Assembly: GCA_002269645.1 (NCBI GenBank)
Contig: NIVC01000567.1
Location: forward strand, 62,001-126,000
Source: Macrostomum lignano
Lineage: Eukaryota
Reading direction: 5' to 3'
DNA: 64,000 nt
Both the position numbers and the translations under genes were made by a program. Of the stretch, positions 11,064-25,292 are shown piece after piece. Numbering within the stretch: position 1 is the first letter of the stretch; every line of letters begins with the position of its first letter. The notes beneath the pieces were generated by a model. That model did no database searches. It saw only the letters and a program-made list of their open reading frames with translations, and had not been told where the DNA came from.

Positions 11064-13400
11064 ATGCCAGCCAAAGGCATCGGTGCGCATCGAAAAACGC
11101 TTCTCTTAGTAACTGCCCTGGTGGCAGCAGTGCTGATTGCAGTCTCACTGGCCATTCTGCTGTCTCTGCTGCTGCGATCTGCCCCTGACAATGGAAACGC
11201 CGGAGTTGAAGACAAGTCAAACTACCGACTGCCAACCGACGTGAAGCCAGTGAGCTACGCCCTGACCCTTGCTCCGTTTATTTACTCGAACATTCGTGAT
11301 GATTGCTACTTCACTGGCAGTGTCTCCATCGCTGTTGAAGCTGTTAACGACACTGACATGCTCAGGTTGCACTCCGTCCGATTGGAAGTTCCAACAGTGC
11401 GGGTGCGAAACAGCACAGGTGGTGACGTCAGTGTAGAGAAAATTGAGGAAAATGTGGAGAAACAATGGCTGACCATTAAGCTGGGCGAGCCGCTTCGGGC
11501 CGGCGAGACCTACACAGTGCTGATCGACAGATTCAAAGGAAAATTCGTGAAGAATGGAAAAACTGGACTCTACTTGAGCAGCAGTTATTCTGAGAACAGC
11601 ACAGAATACTATCTGGTATCATCGCAGCTTGAACCAACCCATGCTAGAGAAGTTTTTCCCTGCTTTGATGAGCCAGCAATGAAGGCGGAGTTCAATGTCA
11701 GTTTGGTCAGAGGCAGAGAATTCACTGCTCTGAGCAACATGCCAATCAAATCCTCATCCTTAGTACCTGGAAACACCTGGTTTCCCAACTCTGCGGAACC
11801 CAAATCTGTAATAAAAGACGATTTCGAGACAACTCCGACAATGTCTACCTACACCCTGGCCTTCCTGGTGGCGAAGTTTCAATCCATCAGTCTTACCGAC
11901 AGCAATGGACGAGTTTTTACCAACTGGCTGCCACCAGAGCTGGTCCAGAAATCCAACTTCACTCTTTCTCTAGCTGCTAAAGCCATCGGAGCCTTTGAGA
12001 AGCTGCTCAACGTGACCTATAAAACGAACATTACCAAGCAAGCAGGGGTTCCTTTGCTTAACTTTGCGGCGATGGAGAACTGGGGACTCATAATTTACCA
12101 GCAGAATATCCTTGTGTACGATGAGAATACTACCACAACAAAATCAAAACTATCAAACGCTCTCACCGTGTCTCACGAGATCGTCCACCAGTGGTTTGGG
12201 AACCTGGTTACTATGAAATGGTGGAATGAAATCTGGCTCAACGAAGCATTTTCGATATTCTACAGCTATCTGGGGCTCGATTTATGGGGCTCGGAGTCGG
12301 ACTTGGACAGTCATTTTGTTGTGGATCAAAAATATAAGCATGTTATGAACCTCGAACGAAAACGTTATAAAGTTCACCCGATCCAGATGAACGTCTCAAC
12401 ACCAACGGAAATTGATGGTCTTTTTGACTACATTGTATATTACAAAGGTGGCTCCGTAGTTCGAATGATGCACAACTCCATCGGCGCTCGCGTGTTTGGC
12501 GCTGCCGTGTCCAGCTACATCAGGAAGCACAGCTACTCAAACTCTGGCTCGGAAGATTTTTACTCCAGTCTAAATGAGCAGCTGCGGATTCACAAGCAGA
12601 GCCTGGACGCTGAAACGGTGATGAGTTCGTGGGTCAAGCAGGTAGGCTATCCACTGGTGACTTGCTCCATGGAAAATGGCTCGCTGCTTCTCAGGCAGCA
12701 GGATATTGTAAGCCTCAGTCATAAGGAGAAGTCCAACCTGACCTGGAGTATTCCCATCACTGCCATGACCAACTTGAACCATACCGGATGGAGCAGATCG
12801 GAGGTGGCGCACCTGGTTCACTGGATGAGAGGCGAGACGCTAAGGCTGCCCTTGGACTCATCTACGGATTGGTACCTGATCAACCTGAGGTCGAGCGGGC
12901 ACTATCAGGTGAATTATGACAGACAGAACTGGGACAGACTGGCTACTCAGTTAACAACAGATCACACAGTGTTCACACCTGCTGACAGAGCCAGTCTGAT
13001 ATATGACAGCTTCACCTTGGCATCTCTAGGAATAATTGATTACTCTGTGCCGTTGAAGATCGTCACGGGATACTTGGAGAATGAAACCGAGTTCGCACCT
13101 TGGGCCGTATTTTGGAGCAACTTGAAGAAAATGACTTCCTCCGTTCTGCCAGTAAAAACTGTGAAGCGCATCGCTAAAAAAGTTTTCAATTATGTCACAA
13201 CTGTCACTCCGAAGGCATCGCCGTTGGTTGGGATGCTGGCTGAGTTGACAGCTCGCGAGACTTGCGACCGAGATTTTACCTATTGCATCAACTTCGCCAA
13301 AGATGAGTGCAATAAATGTAAGGTCGAGAACTCGACTTGTCTAAAAAATCCGGACATCTCTGAGGATATTACAGGGTACAAATGTAAAACAGGAAAATGA
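11064..13400 (+). CDS. Intronless M1-family zinc aminopeptidase (aminopeptidase N-like), type II membrane anchor, 778 aa
   Basis: N-terminal hydrophobic anchor; YRLP, SQLEPTHAREVFPCFDEP, AAMENWG (GAMEN motif), HEIVHQWFG...WLNEAF (HEXXH-X18-E), YYKG catalytic Tyr, GHYQVNYD..NW, and DRASLI of the C-terminal helical domain. Confidence 0.96.
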   Translation: MPAKGIGAHRKTLLLVTALVAAVLIAVSLAILLSLLLRSAPDNGNAGVEDKSNYRLPTDVKPVSYALTLAPFIYSNIRDDCYFTGSVSIAVEAVNDTDMLRLHSVRLEVPTVRVRNSTGGDVSVEKIEENVEKQWLTIKLGEPLRAGETYTVLIDRFKGKFVKNGKTGLYLSSSYSENSTEYYLVSSQLEPTHAREVFPCFDEPAMKAEFNVSLVRGREFTALSNMPIKSSSLVPGNTWFPNSAEPKSVIKDDFETTPTMSTYTLAFLVAKFQSISLTDSNGRVFTNWLPPELVQKSNFTLSLAAKAIGAFEKLLNVTYKTNITKQAGVPLLNFAAMENWGLIIYQQNILVYDENTTTTKSKLSNALTVSHEIVHQWFGNLVTMKWWNEIWLNEAFSIFYSYLGLDLWGSESDLDSHFVVDQKYKHVMNLERKRYKVHPIQMNVSTPTEIDGLFDYIVYYKGGSVVRMMHNSIGARVFGAAVSSYIRKHSYSNSGSEDFYSSLNEQLRIHKQSLDAETVMSSWVKQVGYPLVTCSMENGSLLLRQQDIVSLSHKEKSNLTWSIPITAMTNLNHTGWSRSEVAHLVHWMRGETLRLPLDSSTDWYLINLRSSGHYQVNYDRQNWDRLATQLTTDHTVFTPADRASLIYDSFTLASLGIIDYSVPLKIVTGYLENETEFAPWAVFWSNLKKMTSSVLPVKTVKRIAKKVFNYVTTVTPKASPLVGMLAELTARETCDRDFTYCINFAKDECNKCKVENSTCLKNPDISEDITGYKCKTGK

Positions 13401-14769
13401 TTTGCATCACACACCGTATCCAAAGCTGCCGTGCGAACAATTGAAAACACAGAAACGATGAAATATTATATCGGAATTACATTAAAAGTCCATATACTAA
13501 TATGTAGTAGTAGTATATAACAACGACAACCAAAACTGCACCCACCTTCCGCCGGCCATGAGTGGCCACAGAAAGGGGAAGATGTCAGGGCACAAGACTT
13601 AAGGCCGAACTTTAAAAAAAATCAATAGCTGCACTTAACTGTGAGATTTAAATATAATGTGTTATTAACAGTCAATTTACTATTAATTTTTTGTTTTATG
13701 TTTAACTAGAACAGTCGAGATGTTTACAATGGATTGTATACATTGTTAAAAAATTATAACACTTAGCTCTATTAGACCTTTTGGGTGGAACAGTTTACTA
13801 TTTTATTCACGATAACTTTAGTTATACTTATCTGCGTATTTAATTGTAAAAAAACTTTTAATAGACTCCCAACAAGCCCCGCTCCTTAAAAATACAATTG
13901 CCTCAATTGATAGCTCGTAGATACTTTAATAATTATAGATGGGTGATAGGCCACTCAGCACATTTGCGTGTAATCTACTCTCAGTCCAGTAGTAAGTTAA
14001 ACAGAAGCATTTTACGAGCGTAGCTAATGTATTTTTAAAAGCCTACAAGGCTTAGACTTACCCCCACGGGCCCCACCCAGCTTAAACCCTCCAACCGCGC
14101 CTTTGTACACTAACCCCGTCCCGTTCCAATTTTTATTGCCCTCTCTCGGAATTCCAGCCTAAAGCTGCCATGTACATTTCAGTGGACTGGCTCATGTACA
14201 TTATGGCTGAACCAATTAGCAAGCTGCTTACGTCCGCAGGCTTGGGGCTTCTAAACTTATCAAAGCCATTTCAGCTGCCTTTATTTTTATAAAATAAGCT
14301 TATGTATTCTTCTTTGTACTGAACTGAAAGTAGAAAGCACTTTTACAATGTATATATTTTGTTTAGTATTTGTAGTTGATAGTGGGTAGAAGGTAGCTTC
14401 TCGTGTGACTGAACGGCCAAGGTACCCTGAGCTAAACTTTTAGCAGCTCCGCGGACATTTTTATAGGTATACACAACAAAGGTGTGGCCACCAACCAGTG
14501 ACTGCATACAAAAAGTACACCCGAGATGGGATCCCAGCCTGCTACTACGGAGCCATTTTGGAGCCATGCTTAGACTATTTTTTGCGAAGGGACTCTGTGA
14601 GTGGTACATGCAGACTTGCAACAGAGGATTTTTTATCTAGAGCGCGGTTCCCAAAAGGAGGCCTCAGTAATTTCCTAATTCCCCAGGATTCTGCTTCTGC
14701 GGTCAATCTGGAATTGATGATTGAACGGGATAGCTAAGCCGAGGATCAAAGACGATCTCACAGTGCTGT

Positions 14770-14965
14770 TAGGCACAGATGAGTCACCTGTTAGACACAG
14801 AGGAGGCCCCTGTTAGACACAGATGAGTCACCTGTTAGACACAGATGAGTCACCTGTTAGACACAGAGGAGGCCCCTGTTAGACACAGATGAGTCACCTG
14901 TTAGACACAGAGGAGTCACCTGGGATACACAGAGAAGTCACCTGTTAGACACAGGATCAACCTGT
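14770..14965. repeat. 22-bp minisatellite GAGTCACCTGTTAGACACAGAT, same family as 59385-60516
   Basis: About 8 visible units, matching the unit of the 59.4 kb array. Confidence 0.93.
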
Positions 14966-15401
14966 TATGATTCTTTTACTATTGAATAATGAATGAGCTG
15001 AAAGAATTAAAAGTACATGCTGCAAGAAAAATGCTTAAAGTGATTAATTATGCAAACAGCCTTGAGTAGAACAGGATTTTATTGAGAAACATCAATAAGC
15101 AATAAAATGAGGAACACTTAGTTGAAATCCTAAAGAAATGAAGTGCTTTACTCAGTCCGGAAGCGGCTGCTTCAGAGAGACGAAGTTTTTAAAAGTTTTT
15201 CAAAAAAGTGTCAGAACAAAATCTTGTTTAACTGAGCAACAGATTTAAATAGTCAAATTGAATTTTGAACACATGAGCCCGATTTAAAACGATGACTGAA
15301 AAGGAGAAAAAACTGAAATAAAAACGGAACCCAATTAACCAAGTCAAAAATTCAATTCACTTTTTTGTTTTAATCAGCCAACAAGTTAAAACAAATTTCG
15401 A

Positions 15402-17912
<2,511 letters not shown>

Positions 17913-18370
17913 ATTGTATTTCTACAGTGAAAATAGATAACTTAGAGAAATTCCTTGCTGGCTTAAAACCCTGGACTGCTTGCGCATATTTATACATTGA
18001 AGACAATAAAGAGTATCGACTCCCATTAGAGCCCTGAAGCCGCTAAGCTGCCAAGGACAGGAGTTTATTGATCTGTCAGAAATATGGAAAAAACCATTTG
18101 CAAACCAGCTAGGATATTGAAGTCACGCGCGGGCTTCCGAAAATTTCCGAATACAATGGCTAATTGATCCAGTGTGGGGGTTGGGTCACTAGCAGCTTTA
18201 ATAGCCAGAGAATATTTATTAGTCATAACTCTTGACAACCGGTTGGGCAAGTTGGCCAGTTAATAACAATTTTTTAACTGACTGTCGGAACTTCCAAACT
18301 TGTTGACGTTTTACGAGGTAATACTGAGCTTCAACCGGTATGTGTGAGCCCCGGTACGACCTGCCCTTCC

Positions 18371-19842
18371 AGGGGCGGCTTCAGCGAGACTTCAGGGGCG
18401 GCTTCAGCGAGACTTCAGGGGCGGCTTCAGCGAGACTTCAGGGGCGGCTTCAGCGAGACTTCAGGGGTGATTCTTAGTGAGGTGTTCAGGGGCGAATCTT
18501 AGTGAGGGGTTCAGGGGCGATTCTTAGTGAGGCTTCAGGGGGATTCTCATTGAGCGATTCTTAGTGAGGGTTCAGGGGCGATTCTCATTGAGCGATTCTT
18601 AGTGAGGGTTCAGGGGCGATTCTTATTGAGCGATTCTTAGTGAGGGTTTAGGGGGATTCTTATTGAGCGATTCTTAGTGAGACTTCAGGGGTGATTCTTA
18701 GTGAGGTGTTCAGGGGCGAATCTTAGTGAGGTGTTCAGGGGCGAATCTTAGTGAGGGGTTCAGGGGCGATTCTTAGTGAGGCTTCAGGGGGATTCTCATT
18801 GAGCGATTCTTAGTGAGGGTTCAGGGGCGATTCTTATTGAGCGATTCTTATTGAGCGATTCTTAGTGAGGCTTCAGGGGGATTCTTATTGAGCGATTCTT
18901 AGTGAGGCTTCAGGGGCGATTCTTATTGAGCGATTCTTAGTGAGGCTTCAGGGGCGATTCTTATTGAGCGATTCTTAGTGAGGGTTCAGGGGCGATTCTT
19001 ATTGAGCGATTCTTAGTGAGGCTTCAGAGGCGATTCTCATTGAGCGATTCTTAGTGAGGGTTTAGGGGCGATTCTTATTGAGCGATTCTTAGAGAGGGTT
19101 CAGGGGCGATTTTTATTGAGCGATTCTTAGTGAGGCTTCAGGGGCGATTCTTATTGAGCGATTCTTAGTGAGGGTTCAGGGGCGATTCTTATTGAGCGAT
19201 TCTTAGTGAGGCTTCAGGGGCGATTCTTATTGAGCGATTCTTAGTGAGGGTTTAGGGGCGATTCTTAGTGAGGCTTCAGGAGCGATTCTTAGTGAGGCTT
19301 CAGGGGCGATTCTTATTGAGCGATTCTTAGTGAGGCTTCAGGGGCGATTCTTAGTGAGGCTTCAGGGGCGGTTTTAGTGAGTTATTCAGGGGCGATTCTT
19401 AGTGAGTTATTCAGGGGCGATTCTTAGTGAGGCTTCAGGGGCGATTCTTATTGAGCGATTCTTAGTGAGGCTTCAGGGGCGATTCTTAGTGAGGCTTCAG
19501 GGGCGGTTTTAGTGAGTTATTCAGGGGCGATTCTTAGTGAGTTATTCAGGGGCGATTCTTAGTGAGGCTTCAGGGGCGGTTTTAGTGAGTTATTCAGGGG
19601 CGATTCTTAGTGAGGCTTCAGGGGCGATTCTTAGTGAGGCTTCAGGGGCGGTTTTAGTGAGTTATTCAGGGGCGATTCTTAGTGAGGCTTCAGGGGCGGT
19701 TTTAGTGAGTTATTCAGGGGCGATTCTTAGTGAGGCTTCAGGGGCGATTCTTAGTGAGGCTTCAGGGGCGGTTTTAGTGAGTTATTCAGGGGCGATTCTT
19801 AGTGAGTTATTCAGGGGCGATTCTTAGTGAGTGGTTCAGGGG
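18371..19842. repeat. Compound minisatellite of 23/24/38-bp units beginning CAGGGGCG (e.g. CAGGGGCGATTCTTAGTGAGGCTT)
   Basis: Visible units whose type changes progressively along the array. Confidence 0.96.
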
Positions 19843-21084
19843 CAATACTTCCTCAACGCCAAAAAATGCACAAACGAAGGAAGAGAAAGTGACAAAAAGA
19901 ACAAAGTCAAGTTAAGTTGAATTTTTTAGCTTCGAATTTTGATTTTTCATTAGGCGTGTCTACAAATATGCATATATGGTATGAAGTATATAAATTTATT
20001 TATAATAGCTGCTATAATGGATACAATATTTGAATTAACTAACAGTAAAAGAAAAACAAAAGTTTTGTAAAAATTAAAAAGTTAATTATAGGCAATTATA
20101 TTGTACCCACTTTTAAAGAGCTTCAGTTTCCAAAAGAATTAGTCATAAAAAGGTTTGTATATTACTGAATTACATAATTAGTAGTCAATAAGTAATGCAA
20201 AAGTTTTAATTAATAAGTTTTGCTTTACATGCATGCTTCAGCTCGTAGCAGATTTACTCGTAGCAGATTAAAACAAACAAAATGAACTGATTTTATACAC
20301 ATGCCCGCACTATACTACTGCATTAGCAACAGATGAATTGCATTTTTTTTATTGCAGAAGCCCTAAAAATGATAATTATACATTATGCATAAAATTATTA
20401 CAATTAAAACGACACCAATATTAAAAAATGAACAAATACCCTAGCAGTGCTACTGACACGAAAAGCTGCAAAATTTTCTTCTTTTGTATTTTCTGACAAA
20501 CGATGCAAAAAAGAAAAAGCCAGTCAGGTAAAAAAGAAGAAGCTAAAGAAGCTCAGGGTCAATGATTTTAACAGAACCTAATTTGTTTAAAAGCGCGCAT
20601 AACAGCAATAAGCAATTGCAATAATAACTAATGCAAATCAGTCAGTACCGCCTTTTTCTACGTAGTAAATAGTAATGACACTAACATGCTCGAACTAGCT
20701 ACTTATAGTAGAAAAATGTTAAAGCACAATAGAAAGCATTTAACGCAAAAAACCAATTACAAACGTTAACTTTTTTTGAGATTCGGTACGCCAGTGGAAA
20801 ATGGTATTTATCAGCATTGCACATTTATACTACTGTACAATTTCAAAACAAATAAGTAAGTTGAAACAAATTTTCATGCAGAAATTAGTTTAAATTCAAG
20901 TTCTCTTATCAGTGTGTAAAATTCAAAACCACAGGAAAAAACTAAAAACAAAAGAAATACATAATATCAATAAAACTAACAAACTAATTATAATCAAAAT
21001 TAAATTATTTCATTTAATTTTTTACTTTTTAATTTAATTTGATTTTATTAACGTTATATATTAAAATTTATATATTATAATATT

Positions 21085-22952
21085 TTCAGTTTGGGGCGTT
21101 TCTAAATATACTTTGTCTACGGGGATTCTAAATATATTTAGTTTAGGGGCGATTCTAAATTTATTTAGTTTAGGGGCGATTCTAAATATATTTAGTTTAG
21201 GGGCGATTTTAAATATATTTAGTTTAGGGGCGATTTTAAATATATTTAGTTTAGGGGCGATTTTAAATATATTTAGTTTAGGGGCGATTCTAAATATATT
21301 TAGTTAAGGAGCGATTTTAAATATATTTAGTTTAGGGGCGATTTTAAATATATTTAGTTTAGGGGCGATTCTAAATATATTCAGTTTAGGGGCGATTCTA
21401 AATATATTTAGTTTAGGGGCGATTATAAATATATTTAGTTTAGGGGCGATTCTAAATATATTTAGTTTAGGGGCGATTCTAAATATATTTAGTTAAGGGG
21501 CGATTCTAAATATATTTAGTTTAGGGGCGATTTTAAATATATTTAGTTTAGGGGTGACTCTAAATATGTTTAGTTTAGGGGCGATTTTAAATATATTTAG
21601 TTTAGGGGTGACTCTAAATATATTTAGTTTAGGGGTGACTCTAAATATATTTAGTTAAGGGGTGACTCTAAATATATTTAGTTTAGGGGCGATTTTAAAT
21701 ATATTTAGTTTAGGGGTGACTCTAAATATGTTTAGTTTAGGGGCGATTCTAAATATATTTAGTTTAGGGGCGATTCTAAATATATTTAGTTTAGGGGCGA
21801 TTCTAAATATATTTAGTTTAGGGGCGATTCTAAATATATTTAGTTTAGGGGCGATTCTAAATATATTTAGTTAAGGGGCGATTTTAAATATATTTAGTTT
21901 AGGGGCGATTCTAAATATATTTAGTTTAGGGGCGATTATAAATATATTTAGTTTAGGGGCGATTCTAAATATGTTTAGTTTAGGGGCGATTTTAAATATA
22001 TTTAGTTTAGGGGCGATTCTAAATATATTTAGTTTAGGGGCGATTCTAAATATATTTAGTTTAGGGGCGATTATAAATATATTTAGTTTAGGGGCGATTC
22101 TAAATATATTTAGTTTAGGGGCGATTCTAAATATATTTAGTTAAGGGGCGATTTTAAATATATTTAGTTTAGGGGCGATTTTAAATATATTTAGTTTAGG
22201 GGTGACTCTAAATATGTTTAATTTAGGGGTGACTCTAAATATATTTAGTTTAGGGGTGACTCTAAATATATTTAGTTTAGGGGTGACTCTAAATATATTT
22301 AGTTTAGGGGTGACTCTAAATATATTTAGTTTAGGGGCGATTCTAAATATATTTAGTTAAGGGGCGATTTTAAATATATTTAGTTTAGGGGCGATTTTAA
22401 ATATATTTAGTTTAGGGGTGACTCTAAATATGTTTAATTTAGGGGTGACTCTAAATATATTTAGTTTAGGGGTGACTCTAAATATATTTAGTTTAGGGGT
22501 GACTCTAAATATATTTAGTTTAGGGGTGACTCTAAATATATTTAGTTTAGGGGTGACTCTAAATATATTTAGTTTAGGGGCGATTCTAAATATATTTAGT
22601 TAAGGGGCGATTTTAAATATATTTAGTTTAGGGGCGATTTTAAATATATTTAGTTTAGGGGTGACTCTAAATATGTTTAATTTAGGGGTGACTCTAAATA
22701 TATTTAGTTTAGGGGTGACTCTAAATATATTTAGTTTAGGGGTGACTCTAAATATATTTAGTTTAGGGGTGACTCTAAATATATTTAGTTTAGGGGCGAT
22801 TCTAAATATATTTAGTTAAGGGGCGATTTTAAATATATTTAGTTTAGGGGCGATTTTAAATATATTTAGTTTAGGGGTGACTCTAAATATGTTTAATTTA
22901 GGGGTGACTCTAAATATATTTAGTTTAGGGGTGACTCTAAATATGTTTAGTT
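21085..22952. repeat. 27-bp minisatellite TTTAGGGGCGATTCTAAATATATTTAG
   Basis: About 69 visible units, with GGGGTGACTC variants. Confidence 0.97.
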
Positions 22953-23314
22953 TATTATTTTAAAAAACTGTTTATGAATTAGCAGGCTTAAATGGCTAAG
23001 GCTTGGTCAAGTATGGCTAATCTTATGGCTTTTTTTAAAGAAAAAACTAAATAAACAATTAAAAAACACAGAAAGAAAACAAAATCGACTTGAAAATATC
23101 GAGCAATAGGATAGTGTAGGATATTTAAATAAATTCTTATAATTTACAATTAAAATTGCAGCAGTTAAACAAACAAGCCAAACAAACAAACAATATTATT
23201 GCAGAGATCCGTGACAAATTTTATAACTTCAAAATAGAACAGACCAAGCATGTTAATCTTATTCACTACTTGTGATAGTAGAATATAGTGAGAATTTAAG
23301 GAAACATCAATTTT

Positions 23315-25259
23315 TTATTGCCAAACTGGGGCCGGGTGTTTCCAAGCCACGGTTGCCGTGGAAACCGTGGGCGCCATGCCGCTAGCCGAGGATGCGAAGC
23401 TGTGCGACATCTGCGACTGCTGAGGCTGCTGGCTGAGAGGATGGACGCCAACTGAGGACTGCGACGTTGGAGGTATGGTCATGGGGATGGAGCTGCGACT
23501 GCGCGACGAGGCTGAGCTGCTGTCTGAAAACAAGATGTATGATTCTCAGAAAATAAGATCATGTATGATTCTTAGAAAACAATATCATGCATGATTCTTA
23601 GAAAAAGGTATCAACTTTGATTCTTAGAAAATAAGATCAACTATGATTCTCAGAAAATAAGATCAACTATGATTCTCAGAAAATAAGATCAACTATGATT
23701 CTCAGAAAATAAGATCATGTATGATTCTTAGAAAATAAGATCAACTATGATTCTCAGAAAATAAGATCAACTATGATTCTCAGAAAATAAGATCAACTAT
23801 GATTCTCAGAAAATAAGATCATGTATGATTCTTAGAAAATAAGATCAACTATGATTCTCAGAAAATAAGATCATGTATGATTCTTAGAAAATAAGATCAA
23901 CTATGATTCTCAGAAAATAAGATCATGTATGATTCTTAGAAAATAAGATCAACTATGATTCTTAGAAAATAAGATCAACTATGATTCTTAGAAAATAAGA
24001 TCAACTATGATTCTCAGAAAATAAGATCATGTATGATTCTCAGAAAATAAGATCATGTATGATTCTTAGAAAATGGTATCAACTATGATTCTTAGAAAAT
24101 AAGATCAACTATGATTCTTAGAAAATAAGATCAACTATGATTCTCAGAAAATAAGATCAACTATGATTCTCAGAAAATAAGATCAACTATGATTCTCAGA
24201 AAATGAGATCATGTATGATTCTTAGAAAATAAGATCAACTATGATTCTTAGAAAATAAAATCAACTATGATTCTTAGAATATAAAATCAACTATGATTCT
24301 TAGAAAATGAGAGCATGTATGATTATTAGAAAATGAGAGCATGTATGATTATTAGAAAATGAGAGCATGTATGATTATTAGAAAATGAGAGCATGTATGA
24401 TTATTAGAAAATGACATTGTGTATAATTCTTAGAGAATGAGATCACGTGTGATTCATAGAGAATGAGACCACCAGTGATTCTTAGAAATGATAAGATCAG
24501 TTGACATTATTCAAAAATTAGATTAGGGTGATTCTTGCAGAATTAAACAAGGGCACCTTTATTAGTGATGAGGCATTTCTTAGAAATTGAAATTAATTAG
24601 ATCGATTCTTACAACAGGAATGAAATATGTAACGTCTTTTAAAATGACTAATAAATCTAGTTCTTCTAAAGCATCTATTATGCGTGAATAGGATCCACTA
24701 CCGAACAATATGAAAAGTTAAAGTACACTATCAAAGTCACATATATCAGAGGTAGTATTGCGATTAATATTAGTAGTACTAGTAAAACGCTTTGCAATTT
24801 TTTAACAGATGTAAACTACTTTGATTCTACAACTGCTTCTACTAGAACTACTACTACTATTACTACTACTATTATAATAACATTACTACTCCTACTACGA
24901 ATACTACTAATGCTACTACTAACTAGAATCGAGTAGTGTCAAGTGTCACAAGGAGTCAAGAAACTAAGACATTAGAAGGATTTTCATAGCACAACACCAA
25001 ATGCTACAGACCGCACAAAAGTGACTCGAACCCACCTGAATTATCGCTAACAACTGTAGTTGAATTAGCCGGAGGCATGACACCGCCAATCATGCCAGTC
25101 TGCTGCTGCTGTTGCTGCTGCTGCATCAGCACACTGCTGTATTGGCTCAGACCCTCAGAATCAGTAGTGCCGTACAGACTGGGGTAGCTGGGCGGCGGAG
25201 CGCCCCAGGTTCCTTGAGGCGGCGGAAGCGGAATCTGATGATGAAGTTGATGCTGCTGT

Positions 25260-25292
<33 letters not shown>

